64,000 nucleotides of DNA from Vicinamibacteria bacterium (GCA_035570235.1 DATMML010000037.1:46977-110976); one strand, 5' to 3'. Shown: positions 37,332-48,513, counted from the stretch's first letter. Translations and numbers: made by a program. Notes: generated from the letters alone by a model not told the origin.

Positions 37332-39872
37332 ATGCTGACCCGCACCCTTCTGCTAACCGGCTTCCGTGACCTGCGGCGGCGGCCCCTCCCCACCGCCCTC
37401 ATGATCTTGGGCGTGGCGTTGGGCGTGGCGGTGCTGGTCGCGATCGACCTCGCCATCGCCAGCGCCGGGCGTGGGTTCGCGCGCAGCGCGGAGGCAGTGG
37501 TGGGGCGGGCCACCCACCAGATCCGGGGCGGCCCCCGCGGCCTCCCCGAAGCCCTCTACCGGCGCCTGCGCGTGGAATGGGGGGTACGGACCTGCGCACC
37601 CGTGGTCGAGGGCACGGCCATCGGGCTCGACCTGGACCGCCAGCCGCTGCGCATCCTGGGCGTGGACCCGCTGGCGGAGGGCCCATTCCGCGACCACCTC
37701 GATGGTCGCTCGCTGGGAGCGGGCGGGCTCGCGCAGCTCCTCACCCGACCCGACGGGGTGCTGATGGGCGCAGGCATGGCCGAGCGCTACCGGCTGACCC
37801 TTGGCAGTCCCCTGCGCCTCCAAGTCGGCGATCGTTTCTTGACGCTGAGTGTCCTCGGCTTGATCACGCCCGGGGACGAAGCCGGCCCCCAGGCCCTCGA
37901 CGGCCTCATCCTCATGGACGTGGGAGCAGTGCAGAAGCTCCTCGGTCAAGTAGGCCGCCTGTCCCGCATCGACCTCAGCGTCACCGCGGGCGAGGCCGAG
38001 CGGCTCGCGGCCCTGCTTCCGCCCGGAGTGCGCCTGGCCCCCGCCCACGAGCAATCGGACACCGTGGGCCAGCTCACCGCCGCCTTTCGGCTCAACCTCA
38101 CCGCCCTCAGCCTGCTGGCCTTGGTGGTGGGCATGTTCCTGATCTACAACACCGTCCTTTTCAGCGTGGTGCAACGCCGCCCGGTGATAGGAACATTGCG
38201 CATCCTGGGCGCGACCGGGGGCCAGGTCTTCACCCTCATCCTCGCGGAGGCGGCGACCGCCTCCGCGGCGGGAACGGTCTTAGGCCTGGGCCTGGGCTGG
38301 GTCCTCGGCCAGGGGGCGGTCCGGCTGGTGACGCGGACGATCAACGACCTCTACTACGTGCTGGCGGTGGTGGATGCGCCGCTCACCCTGGGGGTCGTCC
38401 TGGAGGGCATCGGCCTCGGCGTGGGGGCCGGCCTGCTGGCCGCCCTGGCCCCCGCCTGGGAAGCTGCGCGGGTGGAGCCCGTGGCCGCCCTCCGGCCGAG
38501 CACTCTCGAGGGCAAATCGCGTCGATTGCTGCCCTGGGTCAGCGGAGCGGGCTGTCTTCTCGTCCTGGGGGGGGCCGCCACCCTGGCCGCCCTCCCCCGC
38601 TCTCTCCTCGCAAGCTTTGGCGGCCTTTTCGGCATCGTCCTCGGCCTGGCCCTACTCGCTCCCGCCGCCACCGTCGGGCTCATGCGCGTCGCGGGGCCCG
38701 CGGCCTCGGCCTTGGTCGGGCCCCTCGGCCGCCTGGCCGCGGGTACGGTGACGAAGGCGGTGAGCCGAACGGGCGTGGCCATCGCGGCTTTGATGGTGGC
38801 CGTCTCCGCAACCATCGGGGTGAGCCTGATGATCGCCAGCTTCCGGTCCACCGTACAGGACTGGCTGAACACGACGCTGCGGGCCGACATCTACGTCGGC
38901 TCCCCCGCCGCCGGCGGAGCGCGCAACGAGCGGACCCTCTCCGCGGACGTGCCAGCGCGGGTGGCGGCGGTGCCGGGGGTGGTCGCGGTTGAGACCCTCC
39001 GCTCCGCGCGCGTGGCGAGCCCCCAGGGCGAGGTCCAGCTCGCGGTCCTGGACTCCCGCCGCGAGCGCGGCCGTGCCTTCTATCGGTTCACGGAGGGTGA
39101 CCCCGCCACCACCTGGGCCCGGTTGGGGGAGGGGGCGGTGATCGTGAGCGAGCCCTTTGCCTACCGTCGCCAGATTCCACCCCACGGCGGCAGCCTCGTC
39201 CTCAACACGGACGCGGGCGCACACACCTTCCCCGTGGCCGGGATCTACTACGACTATGCGAGCGAGCAGGGCACCGTGCTCATGAGCCGGTCCGTCTACG
39301 AGCGCTTCTGGGACGACCGGGGCGTCTCGTCCTTAGCCGTGTACGTGGCCGAAGGCCGATCGGCCGACGCCGTGGCCGACGCCCTGCGGGCCGCCCTCGC
39401 CGGCACCGCCCTCCAGGTGACCCCGAACCGCTCCCTGCGCACCCAAGCCCTCAAGGTCTTCGATCGGACGTTCACCGTCACCCGATCCCTGCGCGTGCTG
39501 GCGGTGGTGGTGGCCTTCATCGGAGTTTGGAGCGCGCTTCTGGCCCTCCAGGTCGAGCGCACGCGGGAGCTGGCCACCCTCCAGGTCCTGGGCCTCACCC
39601 CCGGCCAGCTCTGGGGTCTCACCCTCTTGGAGACCGGCCTCATGGGCGGGGCGGCGGGGCTGTTGTCGCTACCCACGGGAACTCTCCTGGCCCTCATCCT
39701 GGTCGACGTGATCAATGTCCGCTCGTTCGGCTGGACCATGCGGCTGACTCTCGAGCCCGGCATCTTCGTGGAGGCGGTCGCGGTGAGCGTGCTCGCCGCC
39801 CTGCTGGCTGCGGTCTACCCCCTCCGGCGGCTACAGCGGATACCCCTGGCCGCGGCCCTGAGGCAGGAATGA
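37332..39872 (+). CDS. ABC transporter permease, duplicated FtsX/MacB-type
   Basis: 846 aa with two FtsX-like 4-TM modules separated by periplasmic domains. Confidence 0.8.
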   Translation: MLTRTLLLTGFRDLRRRPLPTALMILGVALGVAVLVAIDLAIASAGRGFARSAEAVVGRATHQIRGGPRGLPEALYRRLRVEWGVRTCAPVVEGTAIGLDLDRQPLRILGVDPLAEGPFRDHLDGRSLGAGGLAQLLTRPDGVLMGAGMAERYRLTLGSPLRLQVGDRFLTLSVLGLITPGDEAGPQALDGLILMDVGAVQKLLGQVGRLSRIDLSVTAGEAERLAALLPPGVRLAPAHEQSDTVGQLTAAFRLNLTALSLLALVVGMFLIYNTVLFSVVQRRPVIGTLRILGATGGQVFTLILAEAATASAAGTVLGLGLGWVLGQGAVRLVTRTINDLYYVLAVVDAPLTLGVVLEGIGLGVGAGLLAALAPAWEAARVEPVAALRPSTLEGKSRRLLPWVSGAGCLLVLGGAATLAALPRSLLASFGGLFGIVLGLALLAPAATVGLMRVAGPAASALVGPLGRLAAGTVTKAVSRTGVAIAALMVAVSATIGVSLMIASFRSTVQDWLNTTLRADIYVGSPAAGGARNERTLSADVPARVAAVPGVVAVETLRSARVASPQGEVQLAVLDSRRERGRAFYRFTEGDPATTWARLGEGAVIVSEPFAYRRQIPPHGGSLVLNTDAGAHTFPVAGIYYDYASEQGTVLMSRSVYERFWDDRGVSSLAVYVAEGRSADAVADALRAALAGTALQVTPNRSLRTQALKVFDRTFTVTRSLRVLAVVVAFIGVWSALLALQVERTRELATLQVLGLTPGQLWGLTLLETGLMGGAAGLLSLPTGTLLALILVDVINVRSFGWTMRLTLEPGIFVEAVAVSVLAALLAAVYPLRRLQRIPLAAALRQE

Positions 39873-41023
39873 GGCGGGCCCTCCTGGCCACGCTCGCGGT
39901 GGTGGGCCTGGGCGGGCTTTGGGCCTGGGTCTGGCGCGCGCCCGCCAGGGAAAGCCGGGCGCCTAGCATCCGCATGGCTCCCGACCCAGCCCCCGTAACC
40001 TTCGAGCGCGCGATTCGCCCGCGCCCGTTCCTCCTGCCCCAGGACCACGGCCCTCACTACGACTATCAAACTGAGTGGTGGTACTACACCGGCAACCTGA
40101 GGACGGAAGACGGCCGGCCTTTTGGCTATCAGCTCACGTTCTTTCGCCGCGGGCTCCTTCCCGGGGCTCCTCCCCCGGGCCCGGGCCTGGCCACCAACCA
40201 GCTCTACCTTGCCCACCTCGCGGTCACCGACGTCACCGCCGCGACCCACGTTTTCCGGGAGCGCTTCAGCCGCGGGGCCGCCGGCCTGGCCGGAGCGGCG
40301 GGCGCTCCTTTCGAGGTGTGGCTGGAGGACTGGCGGGCAGAGGCGGTGGACGCCACGGGGAGTGACGTGCATCTCCGAGCGCGCGACGCCGGCTTGGCCC
40401 TCGACCTCGACCTCAAAGCCGCCAAGCCGCTCATCACCTACGGCGACCGCGGCTTGTCCCCCAAGGGGGAGGAGCCGGGCAACGCCTCTTACTATGTCGG
40501 CTACCCGCGCCTTCACACGCGCGGCACGATCGGCAGCGGGGGGGCCCCCGCCGACGTCGAGGGTGAGAGCTGGTTTGACCACGAGTGGAGCACGAGCGCA
40601 TTGGGCCCCCAGGCGGTGGGCTGGGATTGGTTCAGCCTTCAGCTGAGCGACGGCCGCGAGGTGATGCTGTTCTCCATCCGGCGCCAAGACGGAACCTTGG
40701 AGCCGGTCTCGGGAGGAACCCTCGTCGACCCGGAGGGGCGCACCCGCCACCTGGGGGCGGGCGACTTCCAGGTAGAGGTAAAGAGCAGGTGGCAGAGCCC
40801 AGAGAGCAGAGCCGTCTATCCCTTGCGCTGGGACGTGACCATCCCCTCCACCGGGATGCGCCTCCGGGTGGAGCCCTGGCTCGAAGACCAGGAGATGCGC
40901 ACGTCGTTCACATACTGGGAGGGTGCGGTCCGCGTCACGGGATCCCAGGGCGGCGCACCCCTGACCGGCCATGGCTATGCGGAGCTCACCGGCTACGCGC
41001 GCAGCATGCGAGTCCTGTTCTAG
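39869..41023 (+). CDS. AttH/CrtC-like (hydroxyneurosporene-synthase family) secreted protein
   Basis: ATGA overlap with the permease. Signal peptide. CrtC-like motifs (DHGPHYDYQTEWWYYTGNL, FDHEWS). Confidence 0.6.
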   Translation: MRRALLATLAVVGLGGLWAWVWRAPARESRAPSIRMAPDPAPVTFERAIRPRPFLLPQDHGPHYDYQTEWWYYTGNLRTEDGRPFGYQLTFFRRGLLPGAPPPGPGLATNQLYLAHLAVTDVTAATHVFRERFSRGAAGLAGAAGAPFEVWLEDWRAEAVDATGSDVHLRARDAGLALDLDLKAAKPLITYGDRGLSPKGEEPGNASYYVGYPRLHTRGTIGSGGAPADVEGESWFDHEWSTSALGPQAVGWDWFSLQLSDGREVMLFSIRRQDGTLEPVSGGTLVDPEGRTRHLGAGDFQVEVKSRWQSPESRAVYPLRWDVTIPSTGMRLRVEPWLEDQEMRTSFTYWEGAVRVTGSQGGAPLTGHGYAELTGYARSMRVLF

Positions 41024-41063
41024 CCCATTTGCCTCCGCGGCGGTCTCCTGAAAAAATGACGCC

Positions 41064-43133
41064 ATGATCGACGAGACCTTGCCCCTGGGCGGCGCGGCCG
41101 CGGCCGCGGTGGCGAAGGCCGCGGCGGAGGCGGTGGCCGCGGCGAGCCTGGTGGAGGGTTTCACCCCCGACCGTCTCCGGCAGCTACACCACGCGCTCCT
41201 CCTGCCCCGCATGATCGAGGAGAAGATGCTGCTCCTCGTTCGCCAGGGCAAGCTCTCCAAGTGGTTCTCGGGAATCGGCCAGGAGGCGATCGCCACCGGC
41301 GTGGTCACGGCGCTGGAGCCCGAGGACACCATCCTCCCCCTGCACCGAAATCTGGGAGTCTTCACCGGGCGCGACCTGGAGCTGGGCCGGCTCTTCCGCC
41401 AGCTCCTGGGCAAGGAGGGCGGCTTCACCAAGGGCCGCGACCGCACGTTTCATTTCGGGCATCTGGAGAAGAGGATCGTGGGCATGATCAGCCACCTGGG
41501 GGCCATGCTCCCGGTGGCGGACGGCCTGGCTCTGGCCGCCCGGCTGCGGGGCGAGAAGCGCGTAGTGGCCGCGTTCAGCGGCGATGGCGGCACCAGCGAG
41601 GGCGACTTCCACGAGGCGCTGAACCTGGCCGCGGTCTGGAAGCTTCCCGTTCTCTTCGTCATCGAGAACAACCAGTACGGTCTCTCCACCCCCGCCCACG
41701 AGCAATACGCCTGCCGGCATCTCGCCGACCGGGGCCTAGGCTACGGGATGCCGGGCATCGTGGTGGACGGGAACGACCTCCTGGCCGTGCACCGCGCGGT
41801 CACGCGAGCGGCCGAGCGCGCCCGCCGCGGCGACGGGCCGACGCTCCTCGAATGCAAGACCTTCCGCATGCGGGGCCACGAGGAGGCCTCGGGCACCGAC
41901 TACGTGCCCCCGGAGCTCGTGGCGGAGTGGGCGCAGAAGGATCCCGTGGGCCGCTACCAGAAGTTCCTCGTCGCGCACGGCGTCCTCTCCACGGAGGAAG
42001 TCGAGCGCGTCCGCGGCGCCCACAAAGCCCGCATCGATGCCGCGGTGGAGGAGGCCCTTTCCGCCCCCGATCCCACCTCCGCCGCGGCCGAGGAGCAGAA
42101 GGATGTCTTCGCGCCCAGCCTGCTTGAACCCCGCCCCCCCCGCCCGGAGGACGAGGCGGGAGCCCCCGAGCTGCGCTACGTGGACGCCATCCGCGACGGG
42201 CTGCGAGTGGCCATGCAGCGCAACTCCGACGTCATCCTCCTCGGGCAGGACATCGCGGAGTACGGCGGCGTCTTCAAGGTGACGGAAGGCTTCGTCGAGG
42301 AGTTCGGCAAGGCCCGGGTGCGGAACACCCCCATCATCGAATCGGCGGCCTTGGGCGCCGCGTTGGGCCTGGCCTTGGACGGCTTCCGGCCCATGGTGGA
42401 GATGCAGTTCGGGGACTTCATCACCTGCGGCTTCAACCAGATCGTGAACAACCTCGCCAAGACTCATTACCGCTGGGGGGGGCGGGTGGCGGTAGTGGTG
42501 CGGGCCCCGGTGGGCGGGGGGGTGGGCGCCGGCCCGTTTCACTCGCAGAACGTGGAGTCGTGGTTCACGGCCGTGGCTGGACTCAAAGTCCTGGCTCCGG
42601 CCACCCCCTACGACGCCAAGGGCCTGCTCCTGGCCGCCTTCGAGGAGGGCAACCCGGTTCTCTTCCTCGAGCACAAGGCCCTCTACCGCTCGGCCCGGGG
42701 CGCGGTTCCCGAAGGCTTTTATTCCCTGCCCATCGGCCAAGCTCGAATTGCCCGCGCCGGGCGTGACGCCACAGTGGTGACCTACGGTGTGGGGGTTACC
42801 TGGGCGCTGGAAGCGGCCGCCGCCCTGGCCGCGGAGGGCAAGGAGCTCGAGGTCGTAGACCTCCGGTCTCTAATGCCCTGGGACACCGAGACCACCATCC
42901 GCTCCGTGGCCAAGACGAGCCGGGCCTTGGTCCTGCACGAAGCCCCCGTGACCGGAGGCTTCGGGGCAGAGATCGCCGCGACCCTGAGCAGGGAGGCCTT
43001 CGAGTGGCTCGATGCGCCGGTGGCGCGGCTGGGCGCTCTCGACACCCCCGTGCCCTTCAGCCGGAGCCTGGAAAGGATCTTCTCCCCCCACGGCCGGCTC
43101 CTCGACGCCCTGCGCGAGCTGCTCGCCTATTAG
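41064..43133 (+). CDS. 2-oxoacid dehydrogenase E1 component, fused alpha+beta subunits (TPP-dependent)
   Basis: N-terminal E1-alpha TPP motif (GDGGTSEGDFHEALN), then the E1-beta transketolase-like domain. 689 aa. Confidence 0.8.
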   Translation: MIDETLPLGGAAAAAVAKAAAEAVAAASLVEGFTPDRLRQLHHALLLPRMIEEKMLLLVRQGKLSKWFSGIGQEAIATGVVTALEPEDTILPLHRNLGVFTGRDLELGRLFRQLLGKEGGFTKGRDRTFHFGHLEKRIVGMISHLGAMLPVADGLALAARLRGEKRVVAAFSGDGGTSEGDFHEALNLAAVWKLPVLFVIENNQYGLSTPAHEQYACRHLADRGLGYGMPGIVVDGNDLLAVHRAVTRAAERARRGDGPTLLECKTFRMRGHEEASGTDYVPPELVAEWAQKDPVGRYQKFLVAHGVLSTEEVERVRGAHKARIDAAVEEALSAPDPTSAAAEEQKDVFAPSLLEPRPPRPEDEAGAPELRYVDAIRDGLRVAMQRNSDVILLGQDIAEYGGVFKVTEGFVEEFGKARVRNTPIIESAALGAALGLALDGFRPMVEMQFGDFITCGFNQIVNNLAKTHYRWGGRVAVVVRAPVGGGVGAGPFHSQNVESWFTAVAGLKVLAPATPYDAKGLLLAAFEEGNPVLFLEHKALYRSARGAVPEGFYSLPIGQARIARAGRDATVVTYGVGVTWALEAAAALAAEGKELEVVDLRSLMPWDTETTIRSVAKTSRALVLHEAPVTGGFGAEIAATLSREAFEWLDAPVARLGALDTPVPFSRSLERIFSPHGRLLDALRELLAY

Positions 43134-43205
43134 CTCGGGCGGGCGGTGCCGCCCCGCGCATACCGGGTAGAATCACGCGCATCCGCCCCTGGAGCGGGAG
43201 GGAGC

Positions 43206-45686
43206 ATGCTCAGATTTCACTCCGCCGCCGGAGGGTGGCCCCGGGCCGCGGCCGCCCTCCTGCCCGTTCTCTTCGGCGCCTGCACCCGGCCCGAGCCTCC
43301 CCCGAGCCTCCGCCTCGTCGACCTTTACCGGCCAACCCAGGTGGAGGGTCGAGTGGCGGAGGGCGTCCTAACGCGAGCCCGGACCGAGTGGCGGTTTGAC
43401 GGCCCGAGCCCGCCCGAGCCGGGAAGGCTCCCGTTGACCCGGGGATGGGAGGCCGGACCCGGCACCGCGGACCTCGTCCTGGGCGAGGGCCGCCTCGTCG
43501 GCCGCGCTACCGACGACCATCCCATCCTCCACCTCGAGCGCACGAGCGGACTCGAGGACAAGGACCTGCTGCACGAGGTCCAGATTCGCCTGCGCGTCTC
43601 CGCCGGCAACGAGCTGGCCTTCACCTACCGTGAGACGGAGAAGGTCGACCTGGGCGAGGTTGCGACCCGCGTGCGCCAGCTTCCCTGGCGCCTCACCTCC
43701 CCCATCATCCCGGGGGCAGAGACGAGGACGTATGTGCTCGACGCCCGGCGCCTCCCCGCCCCCCCGTCCTCGGCCGACATCCGCCACCTCCTCATCCTGC
43801 CCACCAACGCGCGGGGGGCGCGTTTCGAGATCGAGTCGGTGCGGCTGGTCTTCCGCCGGGAGCACTTGGCGGAGGTCCCTTCCGGCGTGGGGTGGCAGGG
43901 GCTCTCGGGAATTTACCGCGAGACCCTTGTCTCGCGAAGCCCGGAGACCATCCGCGTGAGCCTGCGCCTTCCCGCGCAGCCGCGGCTCGAGCTGGCCCTC
44001 GGCACCGTCGACGACGGACCCGTGACCTTCCGCGTGGGCCTCCGCCGCCCCCGCCGCGCGCGGGAGGACACCCTCCTCGAGCGGACGGTGACCACGCCCC
44101 AGCGCTGGGAAGATGCCTCCCTGGACCTCTCGTCCTTCGCGGGCGAGGAGGTGAGCCTCTCCCTTTCCCTCGCCGCCGAGGGGAAGGGGGTCCTGGGGCT
44201 TTGGGGGACGCCCATCGTGCGCAGCCTGGGCGCGCGGCCCCCGGCGGCCACGAACCGGAGGCTGGCCGGCCCGCCCCCCCAAGGCGTGATCCTGATTTGG
44301 GCCGACACCCTCCGTCGAGACCACCTGGGGGTCTACGGCTACGGGCGCGCGACCACTCCGATCCTGGACGCCGTGGCCCGGGAGGGGACCCTCTTTCGTG
44401 ACTGCGTGGGTCAGGCCACCTGGACCAAGGTCGCGACCCCTTCCCTCATGACCTCCCTCTACCCCACCTCCCACGGAGTGAAGGAGTTCTCGGACCGTCT
44501 ACCCAGCGCGGCGCGGACGATCGCCGAGGTCTACCGCGAGGCCGGGTACGCCACCTTGTCCTTCTCGTCCATCATGTTCACGGGTCGGTTCACTAATCTC
44601 CACAAGGGCTTCGAGGTGGTCCACGAGGACAGCTCCCTGCCTGACAGAGAGTCGAGCAAGACGGCCCGAGAGTACGTGGACCGGCTTCTCCCCTGGTTGG
44701 AGGCGCACCGCGACGTCCCCTTCTTCGTTTTTCTCCACGTTTCCGATCCCCACGATCCCTACCGCCCCTACCCTCCCTACGACTCCCTGTGGGCCGACCC
44801 CGCCTGGCGGGGCGAGCACGAGCGCCAGGCCAAGGAGGTGCAGAAGTTCATCGCGGACCCCTTGCTGAAGCTCTTTGGCATGCCCACCTGGGCAGAGCTC
44901 GAGAGGGCAAGGCTCGATCCCAAGGTCTGGGCGGCCCGCGACCGCGACTGGTACGACGGGTCGATCCGGGGGATGGACGCAGAGATCGGTCGTCTCCGCC
45001 AGCGTCTTGAGGCCCTGGGCCTAGCCGAGAAGACCCTCCTCGTCTTCACGGGGGACCACGGTGAGGAGTTCCTCGAGCACGGCCGGACCTTCCACGGCCA
45101 GAGCGCCTACGGAGAGCTGACGGGCGTGCCCCTGATCCTCTGGGGTCCGGGGAGGGTGCCCTCCGGCCAGGTGGTGGCGGACACCGTGCGCACGATCGAC
45201 ATCATGCCCACCCTGCTCGAGATCAGCCGCCTTCCCATCCCCGCCCCCGCACAAGGCGAGAGCCTCGTCCCCCTCTTGACCCTCAAGACGCCGGCCGGGG
45301 GCGGCAGCCTGCGCGCGGACGGTGGTCTCCTCCCCGGCCGAGGGCGCCCCGCGGTCTCGGAGAAGGCGTCGACCGTCGACGCCGGCGGCCCGGCCCCCCG
45401 CGACACCGAGTCGTTCGCCATCGTTTCCGACGGCTGGAAGTTGATCCACAACACGAAGCGCCATCAGGGGGACCCGGAATTTGAGCTCTACCGCCACGAC
45501 CAGGACCCCCTCGATCAAGCGGACCTCTCCGCCGAGCATCCCGAGCTGGTAGCACGACTGGCGCACGACCTTCAGGCCTGGCAGTCCCGGGCCGCGCGAG
45601 CCCGCCTGAAGCCGGACGAGGCCTCCGCGCAGACCATGAGCAAGGAGGACCTCGAGCGCCTACGGAGCCTGGGCTACATCCAGTAG
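43206..45686 (+). CDS. lipoprotein with N-terminal beta-rich domain and C-terminal alkaline-phosphatase-superfamily (sulfatase/LtaS-like) domain
   Basis: Lipobox LFGAC. GVILIWADTLRRDHLG metal-binding start. The nucleophile region ATPSLMTS lacks the sulfatase C/S-x-P-x-R signature. Confidence 0.65.
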   Translation: MLRFHSAAGGWPRAAAALLPVLFGACTRPEPPPSLRLVDLYRPTQVEGRVAEGVLTRARTEWRFDGPSPPEPGRLPLTRGWEAGPGTADLVLGEGRLVGRATDDHPILHLERTSGLEDKDLLHEVQIRLRVSAGNELAFTYRETEKVDLGEVATRVRQLPWRLTSPIIPGAETRTYVLDARRLPAPPSSADIRHLLILPTNARGARFEIESVRLVFRREHLAEVPSGVGWQGLSGIYRETLVSRSPETIRVSLRLPAQPRLELALGTVDDGPVTFRVGLRRPRRAREDTLLERTVTTPQRWEDASLDLSSFAGEEVSLSLSLAAEGKGVLGLWGTPIVRSLGARPPAATNRRLAGPPPQGVILIWADTLRRDHLGVYGYGRATTPILDAVAREGTLFRDCVGQATWTKVATPSLMTSLYPTSHGVKEFSDRLPSAARTIAEVYREAGYATLSFSSIMFTGRFTNLHKGFEVVHEDSSLPDRESSKTAREYVDRLLPWLEAHRDVPFFVFLHVSDPHDPYRPYPPYDSLWADPAWRGEHERQAKEVQKFIADPLLKLFGMPTWAELERARLDPKVWAARDRDWYDGSIRGMDAEIGRLRQRLEALGLAEKTLLVFTGDHGEEFLEHGRTFHGQSAYGELTGVPLILWGPGRVPSGQVVADTVRTIDIMPTLLEISRLPIPAPAQGESLVPLLTLKTPAGGGSLRADGGLLPGRGRPAVSEKASTVDAGGPAPRDTESFAIVSDGWKLIHNTKRHQGDPEFELYRHDQDPLDQADLSAEHPELVARLAHDLQAWQSRAARARLKPDEASAQTMSKEDLERLRSLGYIQ

Positions 45687-45846
45687 GGGCGCGCCTCTGC
45701 CCTCAAGGCTCCGTCCCCGGGTAGAGAGCCAGGAACTCCCGCAGGCGTGGATCCTCGCGGGAGAGAGGGGGTAGATACTCCCGCCCGCCGGCCCGAGCCC
45801 GACGGTAGGCTAGAATCGACAAGGAATACGGCCGGCAGGAGGTCTC

Positions 45847-46143
45847 ATGCCCGACGACGCACCCAAGAGCAGCTTCGAGTTGGCCATGGAGCGCCTCCGG
45901 AAAAAGGACCGCGAGACCGGGGTCGAAGAGCGCTCCTTGAGCGCGGAACAGCGGGCCGCCATCGCCGACGTGCGGAAAATATACGAAGCCAAACTGGCGG
46001 AGCGAGAGATCCTCTACCACTCGTCGCTACGAAAGGCTCGCGATCCGGAGGCGGCGTCCGTTTTGGAAGAGGAGTACCGTCGGGATCGGGAGCGGATCAA
46101 CTCCGAGCGCGACCGTAAGCTCGAAGAAGCCCGGCATCTCTGA
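45847..46143 (+). CDS. hypothetical charged coiled-coil protein (98 aa)
   Basis: RBS aggagg 6 nt before the ATG. TAGAAT -10-like box upstream. GC-rich hairpin after the stop. Confidence 0.5.
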   Translation: MPDDAPKSSFELAMERLRKKDRETGVEERSLSAEQRAAIADVRKIYEAKLAEREILYHSSLRKARDPEAASVLEEEYRRDRERINSERDRKLEEARHL

Positions 46144-46339
46144 GCCGAGCGGCGCCCTTCAGGGGCGCCGCGCCTCGCCACTCAACGCAATGAGGCGTTT
46201 CGGCGCGACCTGTCGCCAGGCCTACTCCAGAACCTCGCGAAGCTTGGGGGCGCGGACCCTCTTCTTGGGAGGCGTGCGTCCACGGGCGCGGCTCACCTCG
46301 AACTCGGACGGGTTAGCAGCGGGACGGGAACTAGGGACA

Positions 46340-47173
46340 CTACGGAGCCTGCAGCCTCTTCTTGAGCCGCTCGCTGTTCGGGAAGTCCGGGAGCAGGGAC
46401 TGCAGGTGCGCCCGGGCTCCCTCCTTCTGGCCGGCCGCTTCGAGGGCGTCCGCAAGCAGGAAGCCCTGTTGCAGACGCAGCCGGCGGTTGGACGAGGGAA
46501 CGACGAGCCGACCCAGCATGTCCAAGGCGCCCGCGGGGTCGTGCCCGTCGAGGAGCTTGGACTCGGCGGCCATGATCTGGACGCCGGGATCCCCGGGGAA
46601 TCGCCGCGCGGCTTCTTCCGCCAGGCGGGCCGCATCCGCAGACCGGCCCCCCTTGCGGTCGACCTGGATCTGGTTGTAGATGCCGGCCAGCAGCAGCCGG
46701 CCCACGTCTGCGGGATCGCCGGTGCGTATGCCCACCCCACCCGCGTAGGAATAGACCAGCCGGCCCCCGTACGAGCCCGCCTCATAGAGGCAGAAGAGTG
46801 CGCCTAGACCGAGGATGCCCGAGGCGATGAGCGCGTAGCGCTCCTTGCCCCAGCGGCCCAGGAGGAGGGCGATGATCTCGACGCCCGCGACAGCCAGGAA
46901 CATCGTGCGCGTCAACATGCCCCATTGCTCGTGGTCCACGACCGCGTCTGCCACCCCGGGGATCCGCTCCACCGGCCCGTGGGCGGCCTGCCCAGACTCC
47001 ACCGCCACCATCGCGGCTAGGGCGCCGGCCAGGATGAGGCAGAGGGCGGCCCCGCCCGCGAAGGCCAGGCGTCCGGTCAACGAGAGCCAGCGCAGGACCA
47101 CGCCCGCCGCGAGCAGGCCGATGGCAAAGTGGACGACGATGGGGTGGTAGGGTCCCAGGTCGATTGCGCTCAT
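46340..47173 (-). CDS. DUF2231-like membrane protein with C-terminal TPR-like region
   Basis: 4-5 TM helices plus a soluble helical C-terminus. Stop overlaps the glgC start. Confidence 0.5.
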   Translation of the reverse strand: MSAIDLGPYHPIVVHFAIGLLAAGVVLRWLSLTGRLAFAGGAALCLILAGALAAMVAVESGQAAHGPVERIPGVADAVVDHEQWGMLTRTMFLAVAGVEIIALLLGRWGKERYALIASGILGLGALFCLYEAGSYGGRLVYSYAGGVGIRTGDPADVGRLLLAGIYNQIQVDRKGGRSADAARLAEEAARRFPGDPGVQIMAAESKLLDGHDPAGALDMLGRLVVPSSNRRLRLQQGFLLADALEAAGQKEGARAHLQSLLPDFPNSERLKKRLQAP

Positions 47174-48423
47174 ATCACCGTCCCTTCGGGGATGATGGCC
47201 TGCTTGGGCACGACCACGATCCCGTCCCGGATGTAGTAGCCGATGCCGTCCCGCTCCCGCTCTTGGGCCTGGTTCACGATGCGAACCCCCCTGCCGATGC
47301 GGGCGTTCTTGTCCACGATCGCCTTTTCGATCACGGTGTCGGGGCCGATCCCCAGGGGGGGCAGACCCCGCGCGTTCGCACGCTCGATCTCGTCGAGGGT
47401 CTCATAGTAATCGGCCCCTAGGATGAGGCTGTCGCGGACCTGCGTGCCCCGGCCGATGCGGCTGCGGATCCCGATCAGCGACCGCTCGACCTGGGCCCCC
47501 ACGACGATGCTGCCCTCGGAGATGAGCGCGCTCGTCACCACGCAGTGCTCTATTTTGGTGGCGGGCAGGAAGCGCGGGTGGGTGTAGACGGGACGGGAGG
47601 CCTCGTAGAAGTCGAAGGGTGGGACAGGTTGGCAGAGTGCCAGGTTCGCCTCGTAATAGGAGGAGATGGTCCCCACGTCCTCCCAATAGCCACGGTAGGG
47701 ATGGGCGTGGACCCGCATCTCGCCCAGGGCGTGGGGGATCACGTGCCGACCGAAGTCCACCAGGGCAGGATCCTTGAGCGATCGCTCCAGGGCCTCGCGG
47801 CCGAAGAGGTAGATCCCCATCGAGGCGAGATAAGTGGGGCCAATGCTAGGCAGGTGGGAGACCAGGTCCTCCAGGCGATCCGGCCCCGGCTTCTCCTCGA
47901 AGTGGACGATGCGCCCCTGGCGGTTCATCTTGAGGATCCCGAAGGCGGGGGCTTGTTCGGCGGTCACGGGGGTCACGGCCACGGTGGCGTCCGCCAGGTG
48001 GCGCCGGTGGGTCTCCAGCATCCTGCGGTAGTCCATCTGGTACAGCTGGTCACCGGAAAGGATGAGGGCATCGCGAAAACCCTGGGTGCGGAGGTGGCGC
48101 AGGCACTGGCGTACCGCGTCCGCGGTCCCCTGGAACCACTCCGGGCTCTCCTCCGTCTGCTCCGCCGCGAGCACGGTGACAAAGCCAGAGGAGAAGATGT
48201 CGAACTTGTAGGTTGAGTTCAGGTGCTTGTTCAGGCTCTCCGAGTTGTACTGGGTAAGGACGAAGATCCGACGGAGGTTGGAGTTCAAGCAGTTGCTGAC
48301 GGGAATATCGATGAGCCGGTACTTTCCGGCGATGGGAACGGCGGGCTTGGAGCGATGCAGGGTCAAGGGGAACAGCCGTGACCCCCTCCCGCCGCCCAGG
48401 ATCACGGCCAGCACGTCGTCCAT
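47170..48423 (-). CDS. glgC: glucose-1-phosphate adenylyltransferase
   Basis: N-terminus LAVILGGGRGSRLFPLT. Full-length ADP-glucose pyrophosphorylase. Confidence 0.85.
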   Translation of the reverse strand: MDDVLAVILGGGRGSRLFPLTLHRSKPAVPIAGKYRLIDIPVSNCLNSNLRRIFVLTQYNSESLNKHLNSTYKFDIFSSGFVTVLAAEQTEESPEWFQGTADAVRQCLRHLRTQGFRDALILSGDQLYQMDYRRMLETHRRHLADATVAVTPVTAEQAPAFGILKMNRQGRIVHFEEKPGPDRLEDLVSHLPSIGPTYLASMGIYLFGREALERSLKDPALVDFGRHVIPHALGEMRVHAHPYRGYWEDVGTISSYYEANLALCQPVPPFDFYEASRPVYTHPRFLPATKIEHCVVTSALISEGSIVVGAQVERSLIGIRSRIGRGTQVRDSLILGADYYETLDEIERANARGLPPLGIGPDTVIEKAIVDKNARIGRGVRIVNQAQERERDGIGYYIRDGIVVVPKQAIIPEGTVI

Positions 48424-48513
48424 GGCGGCGGCATTCTCCCACGCCGCGCCCGCGAACTGTCAAGCAGGTGCGCGGTCTCTGGCCGGTCCGGAAAACTCTG
48501 ATAGGCTCAACCG

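Noticed and set aside
46150-46180. GC hairpin cggcgcccuucaggggcgccg after the 45847..46143 gene, as a terminator
   Set aside because: There is no U-tract on either strand, so I did not call it a terminator. It may still act as a bidirectional stem-loop between convergent genes.
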